A stretch of DNA of 64,000 nt. Origin: Chitinophagaceae bacterium. Lineage in GTDB: Bacteria > Bacteroidota > Bacteroidia > Chitinophagales > Chitinophagaceae. Every line of letters starts with the position of its first letter. Positions within the stretch are counted from its first letter, which is position 1. The notes under the pieces are model-generated. The model was not told where the DNA came from and made no database searches. It saw only the letters and a program-made list of their open reading frames with translations. A program made the translations under genes and the position numbers. Shown in pieces: positions 55,154 through 64,000 of the stretch. The stretch is from contig JADGPW010000140.1 in the NCBI GenBank assembly GCA_017882265.1, positions 25,368 to 89,367 of the forward strand, read 5' to 3'.

Positions 55154-55576
55154 ATGAAAAAGTTCTTCTTTTCGCTATTTCTATTAAGTACTACGGTGGC
55201 GTTTGCACAGAACAATGTCCCCTCATCGGTACGTCGATCCTTTCAGAGAGACAACCCCTCGGTCAATGATGCTCAATGGAACCAAAAAAATGGGCAATGG
55301 CATGCAAACTACAAGGATAATAACAATAGAAATGTGGACGCTTCTTATGATCGTTATGGAAAAAGGGTGGATACACATATAGGCTGGGACAGAAAAGATG
55401 TCCCCCAGCAAGTGGACACCAGGGTCAACAGCAGGTACCACCCCAACGGAGATTACACCGTAAATAGAATTGAGCGTCCCAAGGCTAAACCCCTGTTTGA
55501 AATAAGAATTGGAACCAAGCGGCCTGTCTACATGGATGAGCAGGGCAGAGAACAAAAGTATAATGACCATCATTAA
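55154..55576 (+). CDS. Hypothetical small secreted protein
   Basis: Signal peptide MKKFFFSLFLLSTTVAFAQ. It is basic and N/D/R-rich, with no domain recognised. Confidence 0.65.
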   Translation: MKKFFFSLFLLSTTVAFAQNNVPSSVRRSFQRDNPSVNDAQWNQKNGQWHANYKDNNNRNVDASYDRYGKRVDTHIGWDRKDVPQQVDTRVNSRYHPNGDYTVNRIERPKAKPLFEIRIGTKRPVYMDEQGREQKYNDHH

Positions 55577-55645
55577 ATGGGGTTATTAATAATACTAATT
55601 TTCGCCGGTGAAATCTAAAAGCAGAATATTTGCTTGGAAGGTGAA

Positions 55646-55764
55646 GAATGTCGAATAGATGAATCCCGCATGGCGCGGGACAGGCAAGGAATTTACAATA
55701 GTAGAGACAGGGCATGCCCTGTCTCTACAACTTCTGCAATCCTTGTTCATCTGTTCCCTGCCCG
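55646..55764. repeat. Intergenic repeat element (GAATGTCGAA family) with a central perfect 26-nt palindrome
   Basis: The 42-mer GAATGTCGAATAGATGAATCCCGCATGGCGCGGGACAGGCAA matches 63676-63717 with one mismatch. The palindrome TAGAGACAGGGCATGCCCTGTCTCTA lies at 55702-55727. The right arm CTTGTTCATCTGTTCCCTGCCC recurs inverted at 25482-25503. Confidence 0.8.
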
Positions 55765-56197
55765 TACAGTAAAGTGGGGATATTTCTTTCTTCCCGGCTA
55801 TTTATATAAAAGGAGTTTTGGGACTGCCTCCTTTGGATTAATGAACCACAAGCTCACTAATCCGTTAGCCTTACTGTCTTACTCTCACTCTGACTTTGTC
55901 TTAAAAATGTGAATAATATAACATATTTCAATAATTGTATAACATTTCTATGATAACGATCCTCTCTTTTTCTTATGAAGAAAACTACTGCAATTAGCCA
56001 ACTGCTATGACTGAAATGTGACCAATTCATTAAGCTGAATGTTGTTTACGCGTAAGAAGAAAATAAAGGTTATATTAGTAGCCGGAAATTAAGGAAGTGG
56101 TATCCCACCCACCCAGTAACACTCCTGTATTTTCTTCACCCTTTTTGTAAATAAGATTGCTATGGTACCTGCTGTTTATAAATCATCATTTTATTAT

Positions 56198-59100
56198 ATG
56201 AGAAGGATATCAAAATCATTTTTGATAAGTGTACTTACAATCATTTTACTTACGATAGTTTGCCTGCAGGTTTCAGCAAATGGAAGGGACCGGCATAAGG
56301 CGATTGACCCTGGACCGGGTGAAATGAAAAAAACGCCGCCCCCAATTGAAAAGAATAACGGTTACCGTTTCGTATACAACGAGACCTCCACACCGGTAGA
56401 AAAAGGAATCGGCATTTTAGCCAATACCGATCAACTGAAAATAACCGGCAGGGTTTTATCTGAATCCGGGGAGCCGCTTTCGGGCGTATCAATAATAGTG
56501 AAAGGGTCCAAAACAGGCACCACTACGGATGTGAATGGTAATTTCAGCATCACTGTGCCGGACAATGCGGTACTTATCTTTTCAGCGGTGGGATATGAGA
56601 ACCAGGAAGTAAGCGTATCAGGAAAAAGTACCTTGACAATTTCTCTTGTTCAAAGCAACAAAGTGATGGACCAGGTGGTCGTGGTAGGTTATGGAACGCA
56701 AAGAAAGATCGATATTACCGGTTCTGTCAGTTCGGTGAAAGGAGCGGATATCAGCAAGCAATCTTCTCAAAACGCCATCAGTTCCTTACAGGGAAAAGTG
56801 GCCGGCGTACAAATAATAAATTCCGGCGCACCAGGGTCTTCCCCCAGTGTCAGGATCAGGGGAGTAGGTTCGATCAGCAATACAGACCCCATGTATATCG
56901 TGGATGGCGCTATTGTTAATGACCTGAGTTTCTTAAATCCCAATGATATCGAATCCATTGATATCTTAAAAGATGCGTCCAGCCTTTCCATTTACGGGGT
57001 CAGGGCGGCCAATGGTGTCATATTAGTAACGACAAAAAAAGGACGCACGGGCAAACCACAAATAAGTTATAATAGTTATGTGGGAGCTCAGCTTGTTACC
57101 AATAAACTGCTGATGTCAAGCGCCGCGAAATATGCTTTTCTTATTAATGAAAAGCTGGGCACAGCCGTTTTGGGTCCCTATCCCACTACCGATTGGTTTG
57201 ATCAGATCACCCGGTCGGCGGCTATCACCCACAATCATCAATTAGGAGTAACCGGTGGTACAAACAAGATCACTTACAATGCCAGCGCAGGGTATTATAA
57301 TCAACAAGGTCTTGTAAATAAAAATGATTATGGTAAAATGACCGGCAGGATCCAGGCCGATTATAAAGCATCCAAAAACCTGAGATTCGGTGTACAAGCG
57401 GTCTATTATCATTATAATTCGGTCGACATACCCGGTGATATTTTTTACCAGGCTTATGTAGCTCCACCCGTGATGGCCGTTCGAAAAACCAATGGCCATT
57501 ATGGCGATCCCATAGATTATCCATTAGGCAATTTCGCCAACCCCCAGGCTTCGCTGGATTGGTTTAATCAAAGATCAAAAGGACACAGCATTACCGCTTC
57601 TGCATATGGAGAATATAAATTCAAAACCAATTTTACATTCCGTTCTTCCTTTGGCATTACGGATGGCAACAACCAGGTAAGAAATTACAAAACGAAGGAT
57701 TCGCTAACCACCGTTCAACATTCAACTACCAGCATACTGGAAAGAGATACATCTTCCACCAGGAAATGGGTATGGGATAATACGCTTACATACGAAAAGA
57801 CCTTTGACAAACACAGAATAAAAGCGTTAATTGGTTATTCATCATCAGAAGACAGGTTCCTGTCTGACGCCTGGTCGGTAAATGGAGTACCTGATAATGG
57901 CGAAGGATCTTATATATTAAGCAAAGGCGACCCCACAACGTTGAAACATAGCTTTGGGGGAAACCGGGCTACGTTCATCTCCTATTTTGCACGCTTGAAC
58001 TATGCCTATAATGATAAGTATTTGCTGACGGCTACCATCCGGAGAGATGGCTCTTCTAAATTTCCAAAAGATAACCGGTTTGATAATTTTCCCTCCTTTG
58101 GTGCAGGCTGGATTATAACCAAAGAAGATTTTATGAAAAACCAGCATGTATTTGATAACCTGAAACTAAAGGGATCCTGGGGTAAATTAGGTAATGCCAA
58201 TATTCCCACTAATATTTCCGTGGCTACCGTAGATTCCGGTGGCGTCTATAATTATGGTTTTGGCGGCACCAGCAGCATCATCTGGCATGGGGCTAATAAT
58301 ACCCGGTTTCCACCGAATAGTTTGGTCTGGGAAGTAGTAAAGGAATCTGACCTCGGTTTGGAGATGGCCTCATTCCATAACCGGCTTTTTATAGAAATGG
58401 ATTACTATAACCGCCAAACCGACAATGCAATTTTTTCTTTACCTATACTTGGCACGGTGGGCGCCTCTAATAGTTCTATCTTGGGAAACTTTGCCACCTA
58501 TAAAAATAAAGGATTCGAATTTTCTGCAAACTGGAGGGAGAGTACAGGGAAACTTAAATACAATATTGGTGTCAACCTTTCGACCAATAAAAACCAGGTC
58601 GTAAATATCCTGGGCGGGAATGTTGATCTCTATGGCGGAGGGTTACCTGTGGGTGGATACTTAACTACATTGGCAAGGATAGGCCAGCCGATCGGCTCTT
58701 TTTATGGATATGTCGTTGACGGCGTTTTTCAAACCAATGCCGAGGCCGCCGCCTCAGCACAACCACAGGCCCAGGCGGGTTGGTTTAAATACAAAGATCA
58801 AAATGGCGACGGGGTTATTGATTCTAAAGATAAAGTGATCATAGGAAACCCTAACCCCAAATTAACTTATGGTATCAATACCGGGTTTGAGTATAAACAT
58901 TTTGATCTCCAGTTAGACCTGCAGGGAGTAGCCGGCGTGGATGTTTATAATGCCATGAAGGGTGTACGCTATGGAAACGAAAATTATACAGACGATTTTT
59001 ATAATAACAGGTGGCATGGCGCCGGTACTTCCAATACCTATCCTTCGGCGGATCTGAGTGGCCCCAATCTTGACCCCAATTCATGGTTCGTGGAAAAAGG

Positions 59101-59335
59101 CGATTATATCCGCATCCGGAATGCGCAGTTGGGGTATACGTTTTCAAATACTGTATTAAAAAAATGGAAACTGCAGAAATTAAGATTGTATCTCAATGCG
59201 CAGAATCCACTTACCATTTTCGGCTACAAAGGATTTACGCCCGAGGTGGGGGGTGCGCCTATGAGTACAGGCATTGATCTGAATGTATACCCATTATCGG
59301 CGACTTATAATTTCGGTGTCAACCTAACTTTTTGA
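56198..59335 (+). CDS. SusC/RagA-family TonB-dependent outer-membrane transporter
   Basis: The ATG at 56198 gives MRRISKSFLISVLTIILLTIVCLQVSANG. It has a CarboxypepD_reg-like domain (ITGRVLSESGEPLSGVSIIVKGSKTGTTTDVNGNFSI) and a plug (VVVGYGTQRKIDITGSVSSV). The C-terminal residue is F. Confidence 0.95.
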   Translation: MRRISKSFLISVLTIILLTIVCLQVSANGRDRHKAIDPGPGEMKKTPPPIEKNNGYRFVYNETSTPVEKGIGILANTDQLKITGRVLSESGEPLSGVSIIVKGSKTGTTTDVNGNFSITVPDNAVLIFSAVGYENQEVSVSGKSTLTISLVQSNKVMDQVVVVGYGTQRKIDITGSVSSVKGADISKQSSQNAISSLQGKVAGVQIINSGAPGSSPSVRIRGVGSISNTDPMYIVDGAIVNDLSFLNPNDIESIDILKDASSLSIYGVRAANGVILVTTKKGRTGKPQISYNSYVGAQLVTNKLLMSSAAKYAFLINEKLGTAVLGPYPTTDWFDQITRSAAITHNHQLGVTGGTNKITYNASAGYYNQQGLVNKNDYGKMTGRIQADYKASKNLRFGVQAVYYHYNSVDIPGDIFYQAYVAPPVMAVRKTNGHYGDPIDYPLGNFANPQASLDWFNQRSKGHSITASAYGEYKFKTNFTFRSSFGITDGNNQVRNYKTKDSLTTVQHSTTSILERDTSSTRKWVWDNTLTYEKTFDKHRIKALIGYSSSEDRFLSDAWSVNGVPDNGEGSYILSKGDPTTLKHSFGGNRATFISYFARLNYAYNDKYLLTATIRRDGSSKFPKDNRFDNFPSFGAGWIITKEDFMKNQHVFDNLKLKGSWGKLGNANIPTNISVATVDSGGVYNYGFGGTSSIIWHGANNTRFPPNSLVWEVVKESDLGLEMASFHNRLFIEMDYYNRQTDNAIFSLPILGTVGASNSSILGNFATYKNKGFEFSANWRESTGKLKYNIGVNLSTNKNQVVNILGGNVDLYGGGLPVGGYLTTLARIGQPIGSFYGYVVDGVFQTNAEAAASAQPQAQAGWFKYKDQNGDGVIDSKDKVIIGNPNPKLTYGINTGFEYKHFDLQLDLQGVAGVDVYNAMKGVRYGNENYTDDFYNNRWHGAGTSNTYPSADLSGPNLDPNSWFVEKGDYIRIRNAQLGYTFSNTVLKKWKLQKLRLYLNAQNPLTIFGYKGFTPEVGGAPMSTGIDLNVYPLSATYNFGVNLTF

Positions 59336-59355
59336 TAATAATTAATCTTTATAAA

Positions 59356-60822
59356 ATGAACCCGTCACGATCCATTCATTTGCAAAAAATATTGTTTGGA
59401 ATAGTTATAGGAGGCAGCCTGGTTTTTCTTGATGGCTGCAACAAAAAGTTCTTAGACGTCGCGCCTATTGGCCAGCAGACCAGCTCCACTTTTTTTGCCA
59501 ATAGCGCAGATGCTCAAAAAGCAGTCACTTCCTGTTATGGCCACCTCAATGAATGGAAAGTAGCTGCCTTTGCCAACCTGGCTATTACCAGCATTACATC
59601 GGATGATGCGGAAAAAGGAAGTGTGCCCGGTGACGCCGGCTTTTTGAATGATTTTGACAATTTTACGTTTACTTCCACCGAGTTCACCATCGATGATTAC
59701 TGGACCGGTCAATATGCCGGCATCAATCTTTGCAATCAATGTATTGACAATATTCCAAAGATCAGCATGGATGCAGCCTTACAGGCAAGACTTATCGCCG
59801 AAGCAAAATTCATACGGGCCTACCATTATTTTAATTTAGTCCGGGCTTTTGGAGATGTTCCTAAAGTGGACCATTTGCCGGTAACTCCGGATGAACTAAA
59901 TCCGGTAAGAGCCCCGAAGGCGGATATTTATGCTTTAATAGAAAGCGATCTGAATGAGGCGGCGAATATATTGCCGGCCGCATATCCCGTCACGGAAACA
60001 GGCAGAGCGACAAAAGGCGCCGCGTTGGGAACCCTGGCTAAAGTAAAGATGTATGAAAAAAAATGGACGGAAGTATTAGCCCTGACCGACCAGGTGCTCG
60101 CCATGCCTTATGCATTGATGAGCGATTATTACAAGATGTTCAGGGTGGCTTATGAAAATAACAGCGAATCGCTTTTTGAAACGCAAGCCAATACGTTTGC
60201 CAATGATTGCGGCACCTATTGCCAGTATTCCGAAGTACAATGGGTGAGACCGGTTGGCTGGGGTTTTAATGTGCCCACCCAGGACCTCGTCAATGCGTAT
60301 GAGCCCGGTGACCTGAGAAAAGCAGCCACAATCATATTCAGTGGGGAGACAACACAGGATGGCGATGTGATACCCGCCAACTCTCCTAATCCCCGCTACA
60401 ACAAAAAAATATATGTCCCCTCCAGTGTCCCCAATGCCTGTGGTTATGGTTACGGCCGTGATCAAAACAGGAGAATTCTGAGACTGGGAGAGATATACCT
60501 GATCCGTGCGGAAGCAGCCAATGAACTGAATGATACCGTAAAAGCGAAAGCGGCATTGAATATAATAAGAAACAGGGCGGGTCTTCCTTCCATCAATGCG
60601 CTCAGCCAGGCCAACCTGCGCACAAAAATATGGAACGAAAGACATGTGGAATTGGCCATGGAAGAAGACAGGTTTTTTGACCTGGTGCGCCAGGGGAGGG
60701 CCGGGCAGGTATTAAGGGCTCAGGGAAAACAATTCGTGGATGGTAAAAACGAAGTATTCCCGATACCCGACAGGCAGATCGTTTTAAGCGGTAATAAATT
60801 AACACAAAATCCAAATTATTAG
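59356..60822 (+). CDS. SusD/RagB-family outer-membrane lipoprotein
   Basis: The ATG at 59356 gives a protein with the lipobox FLDGC. It lies immediately downstream of the SusC-like gene. SusD-like C-terminal region: RAEAANELN...RNRAGLP...ERHVELAMEEDRFFDLVR. Confidence 0.9.
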   Translation: MNPSRSIHLQKILFGIVIGGSLVFLDGCNKKFLDVAPIGQQTSSTFFANSADAQKAVTSCYGHLNEWKVAAFANLAITSITSDDAEKGSVPGDAGFLNDFDNFTFTSTEFTIDDYWTGQYAGINLCNQCIDNIPKISMDAALQARLIAEAKFIRAYHYFNLVRAFGDVPKVDHLPVTPDELNPVRAPKADIYALIESDLNEAANILPAAYPVTETGRATKGAALGTLAKVKMYEKKWTEVLALTDQVLAMPYALMSDYYKMFRVAYENNSESLFETQANTFANDCGTYCQYSEVQWVRPVGWGFNVPTQDLVNAYEPGDLRKAATIIFSGETTQDGDVIPANSPNPRYNKKIYVPSSVPNACGYGYGRDQNRRILRLGEIYLIRAEAANELNDTVKAKAALNIIRNRAGLPSINALSQANLRTKIWNERHVELAMEEDRFFDLVRQGRAGQVLRAQGKQFVDGKNEVFPIPDRQIVLSGNKLTQNPNY

Positions 60823-61022
60823 TTTCTATTATTATGTAGTTGAATTTAAAGTTCCAATATCAATTTAACATGAGAAAAATGATCTATACCCGATTCAACG
60901 CTATTATTTGTTGGTTGATAGAAAACAGTAAACATATTCGTGGTTCTCCAAAAGGTAAATTCCACTGAGCTTTTTTAAACGGATCGTAAACATTTTTTAA
61001 ATAAAACAAAAAAACAAACACA

Positions 61023-61949
61023 ATGAAAAAAGTAACAAAGAACCTGTCGCTCTTATTGGCCGGAGGGATTGTATTGTCGTTGGTGACAATAAGTTCCTGT
61101 AAGAAAAAAAGCTCAGACCCGGTACTCCCTCCCATAGGTGGCTACAACAATTCCAATGAAGTTGCAGCCGCCAATTTATTGGCTCACTGGACTTTTGATG
61201 GCACTTTAAACGAGGATAAAGCGGGTGCTGTTCCAACCACGAAAATCAACAATACGTTTGTAACAGGTGTAAAAGGGCAGGCATTAAATCTTGCCAACGG
61301 GTATGTATTATACCCGGCTATCGCTGCGCTTAGCACGGCGAGTGCCATACCAAGTGTTACAGTCAGTGGCTGGGTTAACATTACAAATAATAATACATCG
61401 CCGACCTGCATATTTGCTTTAACACAGGCTACCGGTGTCCAAACAGACTGGAATACTGGCCCGGTTGATTATTATGCAGAAACAGGCCATCCGCTAAGTA
61501 CCAATGATACCCTGGTTTTACACTCCTCTTTCAGCACTTACATAGGCGCCAGCAGGTTTGGAGGAGATAATATCAATGATTATGGTGTCCGTGGAACCGA
61601 TTTTCAAACAGTAAAAGGCACCGGGAAATGGGTACATTATGTAATGGAATATGATGGCGCAGGATCTAATATAGATATTTATGCCAATGGGATATTAGTA
61701 TCTAATAATCAATTCAGGCACAGAACCATGGGAGCCCCTCCGGTAGGAATAGGCAATATTACGACTACCCCACCTATTCAGGCGCTTTTCGGAGCTTTCC
61801 CTAATGCGGCTTCCGGTTTTCCGCTTTCTGCTACCCAGGCATGGCAAACGTACATGACCGGTTCGGTTGATGAATTAAGAGTGTTTAGCAAAGCATTAAC
61901 CGCTGCTGAGATCACTGCCCTTTATCAATTAGAGTTGGCAGGAAGATAA
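61023..61949 (+). CDS. LamG-like (concanavalin A-like lectin) domain lipoprotein
   Basis: Lipobox TISSC. Motifs LAHWTFDGTLNED...ALNLANGYVLYP...WVHYVMEYDG...VDELRVFSKALTAAEITALY. Confidence 0.8.
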   Translation: MKKVTKNLSLLLAGGIVLSLVTISSCKKKSSDPVLPPIGGYNNSNEVAAANLLAHWTFDGTLNEDKAGAVPTTKINNTFVTGVKGQALNLANGYVLYPAIAALSTASAIPSVTVSGWVNITNNNTSPTCIFALTQATGVQTDWNTGPVDYYAETGHPLSTNDTLVLHSSFSTYIGASRFGGDNINDYGVRGTDFQTVKGTGKWVHYVMEYDGAGSNIDIYANGILVSNNQFRHRTMGAPPVGIGNITTTPPIQALFGAFPNAASGFPLSATQAWQTYMTGSVDELRVFSKALTAAEITALYQLELAGR

Positions 61950-61966
61950 TCTTGTTTGTTTTTTAT

Positions 61967-62002
61967 AAAGGCTGCCGGCTTTCGTTGACGGCAGCCTTTT
62001 TT
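61967..62002 (+). terminator. Rho-independent terminator-like hairpin
   Basis: AAAGGCTGCCG-(11-nt loop)-CGGCAGCCTTTTTT. An 8-bp GC-rich stem is followed by a T-run, 18 nt after the LamG-gene stop. Confidence 0.7.
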
Positions 62003-62024
62003 CTATTTACTTAATTAGCATTAA

Positions 62025-63674
62025 ATGAAAAGGAGTTTATTTTTTTTTCTTTCACTTACTTTATTTTTTTCATGCAAGAAAAATAATAGCCCTTTACCTT
62101 CCGTAGAGATCTTTACAGTTAATGGATCTTCTATCAACGGAAACAGTGCTTCGGTTCAATACAATATTGGCTATTCCCCCATCATTAAAATAAACTTCTC
62201 CGCCCCTGTAAACAGAAGTGGGGTTATTAATAATGTTTTATTAGTATTAAATGGGGCATTAACCATACCGGTAAATTTTACTTATCAAAATAATGACAGC
62301 ACCCTTATTCTTCAGCCTGTTGGTGCATTGGTGCCCATTTCAAAATATATGGTTTCCGTCAGCACCAGTTTACCATCAGTGCAGAACACCAATTTGCAAA
62401 GCGCTTATGCTATTACTTTTATAACGCAGATTGATTCCACAGATAAATTTCCGCTGCTTTCAGATAACCAGTTACTCGACACGGTACAACGCCGTACTTT
62501 TCGCTATTTCTGGGAATTTGGTCACCCTATAAGCGGAATGGCCAGGGAACGCAATACCAGCGGTGACCTGGTAACCAGCGGGGGAACAGGTTTCGGAGTG
62601 ATGGCCATGATCGCCGCTGTCAACAGGAATTTTATAACAAGAACAGAAGCAAGGGACCGCATTTTATTGATCAGCAATTTTCTCACCAATAATTGCACCC
62701 GGTATCATGGCGCATTCGCTCATTGGATCAATGGATCCAGTGGCGCGACCATTCCTTTTAGTACAAATGACAACGGGGCCGACCTCGTTGAAACGGCTTA
62801 CCTCATGGAAGGACTGATCACCGCCCGCCAGTATTTTAATACAGCCGATCCGGTAGAAACAGATCTGCGTAATAAAATAAATGTCTTATTGAATGGGGTG
62901 GAATGGAACTGGTTCCGGCAGAGTAGCCAGAATGTTCTGTACTGGCACTGGAGCCCCGATAAGGCCTGGATCATTAACGCCCAGGTGAGAGGATGGATGG
63001 AAGCGTTGATCACTTATGTAATGGCTTCTTCTTCCCTCACTGATTCTATTCCAAAGATCGTGTATGATAACGGCTGGGCCGTCAATGGAAATATCCGGAA
63101 CAATAATACTTACTATACTTATCAATTACCCATGGGGCCATCCAATGGAGGTCCTTTGTTTTTTGAACACTATTCATTCCTGGGGATCAATCCGAATGGT
63201 TTAAATGACACCTATGCCAATTACCAGGTGCAAACTACCAACCATACAAAGATCAACTATGAATATTGCAAGGCCAATCCGCGTGGCTGGAATGGCTATA
63301 GTAATTTATGCTGGGGCCTCACGGCCAGTGATATTCCCACCGGGTATAATGCCAACGAACCCAATAATGATCCGGGTGTAATATCCCCGACAGCGGCATT
63401 ATCCTCCATGCCCTATACACCTGTGGAGTCAATAAATGCTTTAAAATTCTTTTATTATAAACTCGGTGATAAGATCTGGGGACAATACGGATTCGTGGAT
63501 GCTTTTAAATTAAGCGACCCCTGGTTTGCCATTTCAAATCTCGCCATTGACCAGGGGCCTATTATAGTTATGATCGAAAACTACCGCAGTGGGTTGTTGT
63601 GGAATTTATTTACCAGTGCGCCGGAGATAAAAAATGGGATGAGGAGGCTGGGATTTACAGCGCCATATCTCTGA
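62025..63674 (+). CDS. Putative-glucoamylase family (PF10091-like; GH144 endo-beta-1,2-glucanase-like) lipoprotein with N-terminal Ig-like domain
   Basis: Lipobox FFSC. FRYFWEFGHPISGMARERNTSG...GGTGFGVMAMIAAVNRNFITR...AFAHWINGSSG...ETAYLMEGL resembles the alpha/alpha-barrel family that includes Chitinophaga endo-beta-1,2-glucanase. Recalled from memory, not searched. Confidence 0.7.
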   Translation: MKRSLFFFLSLTLFFSCKKNNSPLPSVEIFTVNGSSINGNSASVQYNIGYSPIIKINFSAPVNRSGVINNVLLVLNGALTIPVNFTYQNNDSTLILQPVGALVPISKYMVSVSTSLPSVQNTNLQSAYAITFITQIDSTDKFPLLSDNQLLDTVQRRTFRYFWEFGHPISGMARERNTSGDLVTSGGTGFGVMAMIAAVNRNFITRTEARDRILLISNFLTNNCTRYHGAFAHWINGSSGATIPFSTNDNGADLVETAYLMEGLITARQYFNTADPVETDLRNKINVLLNGVEWNWFRQSSQNVLYWHWSPDKAWIINAQVRGWMEALITYVMASSSLTDSIPKIVYDNGWAVNGNIRNNNTYYTYQLPMGPSNGGPLFFEHYSFLGINPNGLNDTYANYQVQTTNHTKINYEYCKANPRGWNGYSNLCWGLTASDIPTGYNANEPNNDPGVISPTAALSSMPYTPVESINALKFFYYKLGDKIWGQYGFVDAFKLSDPWFAISNLAIDQGPIIVMIENYRSGLLWNLFTSAPEIKNGMRRLGFTAPYL

Positions 63675-63675
63675 T

Positions 63676-63843
63676 GAATGTCGAACAGATGAATCCCGCA
63701 TGGCGCGGGACAGGCAAAATGTAGAATGTCGAAGGTGTACATTTCCTATATTACCAACTGCCTCTATGTTCGTGGATTACTTCTTCTGTTCTGCATTCCT
63801 TGTTCATCTGTTCGATATTCTATTGTTCATCTGTTTGACATTC
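63676..63843. repeat. MITE-like intergenic element (GAATGTCGAA family), full copy with 18-nt terminal inverted repeats
   Basis: GAATGTCGAACAGATGAA (63676-63693) pairs with TTCATCTGTTTGACATTC (63826-63843) with one mismatch. Internal extra arm copies lie at 63725-63734 and 63803-63820. It starts 2 nt after the stop of the preceding gene. Confidence 0.8.
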
Positions 63844-63887
63844 TATTTCGACCATTACTAAAATATTGTAAACTTATAAGGAAGGAT

Positions 63888-64000
63888 CATGTTTTTATCA
63901 TCATTAAGAAAATATGCCGGCTTATCGTTAAGTGTTCTGCTGATCCTTTCCTGCAACAATCATACTGCTAAAAGAAGTGTCGCCCCATCAGGTATTTATA
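63888..64000 (+). CDS. 5' end of a lipoprotein gene (continues beyond the window)
   Basis: Own translation gives MFLSSLRKYAGLSLSVLLILSCNNHTAKRSVAPSGIY, with a signal peptide and lipobox, open to the window end. It is not in the ORF track because it is truncated. Confidence 0.4.

Noticed and set aside
1-64000. tRNA, rRNA, CRISPR, transposase, integrase, toxin-antitoxin or recognisable defence-system genes
   Set aside because: An eye scan of the intergenic regions found no T-loop/acceptor-like tRNA pattern (GGTTCGAnTCC-type) and no rRNA-like stretch. No translated ORF has DDE/tyrosine-recombinase, nuclease-helicase or other defence hallmarks. An eye scan is limited, and tRNAscan/Infernal would be decisive.

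Overview
64-kb chromosomal window that reads like a Bacteroidota genome (Chitinophagaceae/Sphingobacteriia-like). This taxonomic call is an inference from a SusC/SusD pair, a FISUMP protein, Sec and lipoprotein signal peptides and TAnnTTTG promoter boxes. All domain calls rest on motifs read by eye in the ORF translations; no searches were run.

Layout:
- 1-3.5 kb: two tandem NuoL/HyfB-like proton-conducting membrane subunits. The left one is cut by the window edge and is missing from the ORF track.
- 3.6-9.1 kb: small hypotheticals, a methyltransferase, a GcvH-like protein, a Crp/Fnr regulator, a receiver-less LytTR protein and a NarL-type two-component pair with a TPR-rich kinase.
- 9.3-16.1 kb: secreted hypotheticals, then three tandem tail-fibre-like genes. 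They share one N-terminal module but carry different distal domains.
- 16.3-22.6 kb: dihaem cytochrome c, FISUMP lipoprotein, GH31 and an Amt ammonium transporter.
- 22.7-49.8 kb: a ~27-kb glycan-assembly locus. It holds a processive-type GT2, both a WecA/MraY-type and a small monotopic initiating phosphotransferase, about 9 further GTs, two Wzy/ligase-like proteins, a Wzz-like protein and an MsbA/PglK-like ABC exporter.
- 50-55.6 kb: membrane protein, OmpA-family protein, an orphan secreted HExxH protein, a PAS protein and a small secreted protein.
- 56.2-63.7 kb: a SusC/SusD polysaccharide-utilisation locus (PUL) with a LamG lipoprotein and a putative-glucoamylase/GH144-like enzyme.

The best candidate for an undescribed system is a 10-gene island at 26.4-36.7 kb inside the glycan locus. 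It encodes two B12-binding radical SAM enzymes, one radical SAM with an abbreviated SPASM/twitch C-terminus, four class I methyltransferases, an amidohydrolase, a possible flavin-reductase-like protein and a wHTH-nucleotidyltransferase-like protein. No precursor peptide is visible.

Other points worth a second look are the tail-fibre-like cassette triad and a set of hairpin/MITE-like intergenic repeats. Smaller items are a relic of a sugar phosphotransferase, a likely ATT-initiated signal peptide and a triplicated ATG-bearing 18-nt repeat. No tRNA, rRNA, CRISPR array, transposase or integrase was recognised.
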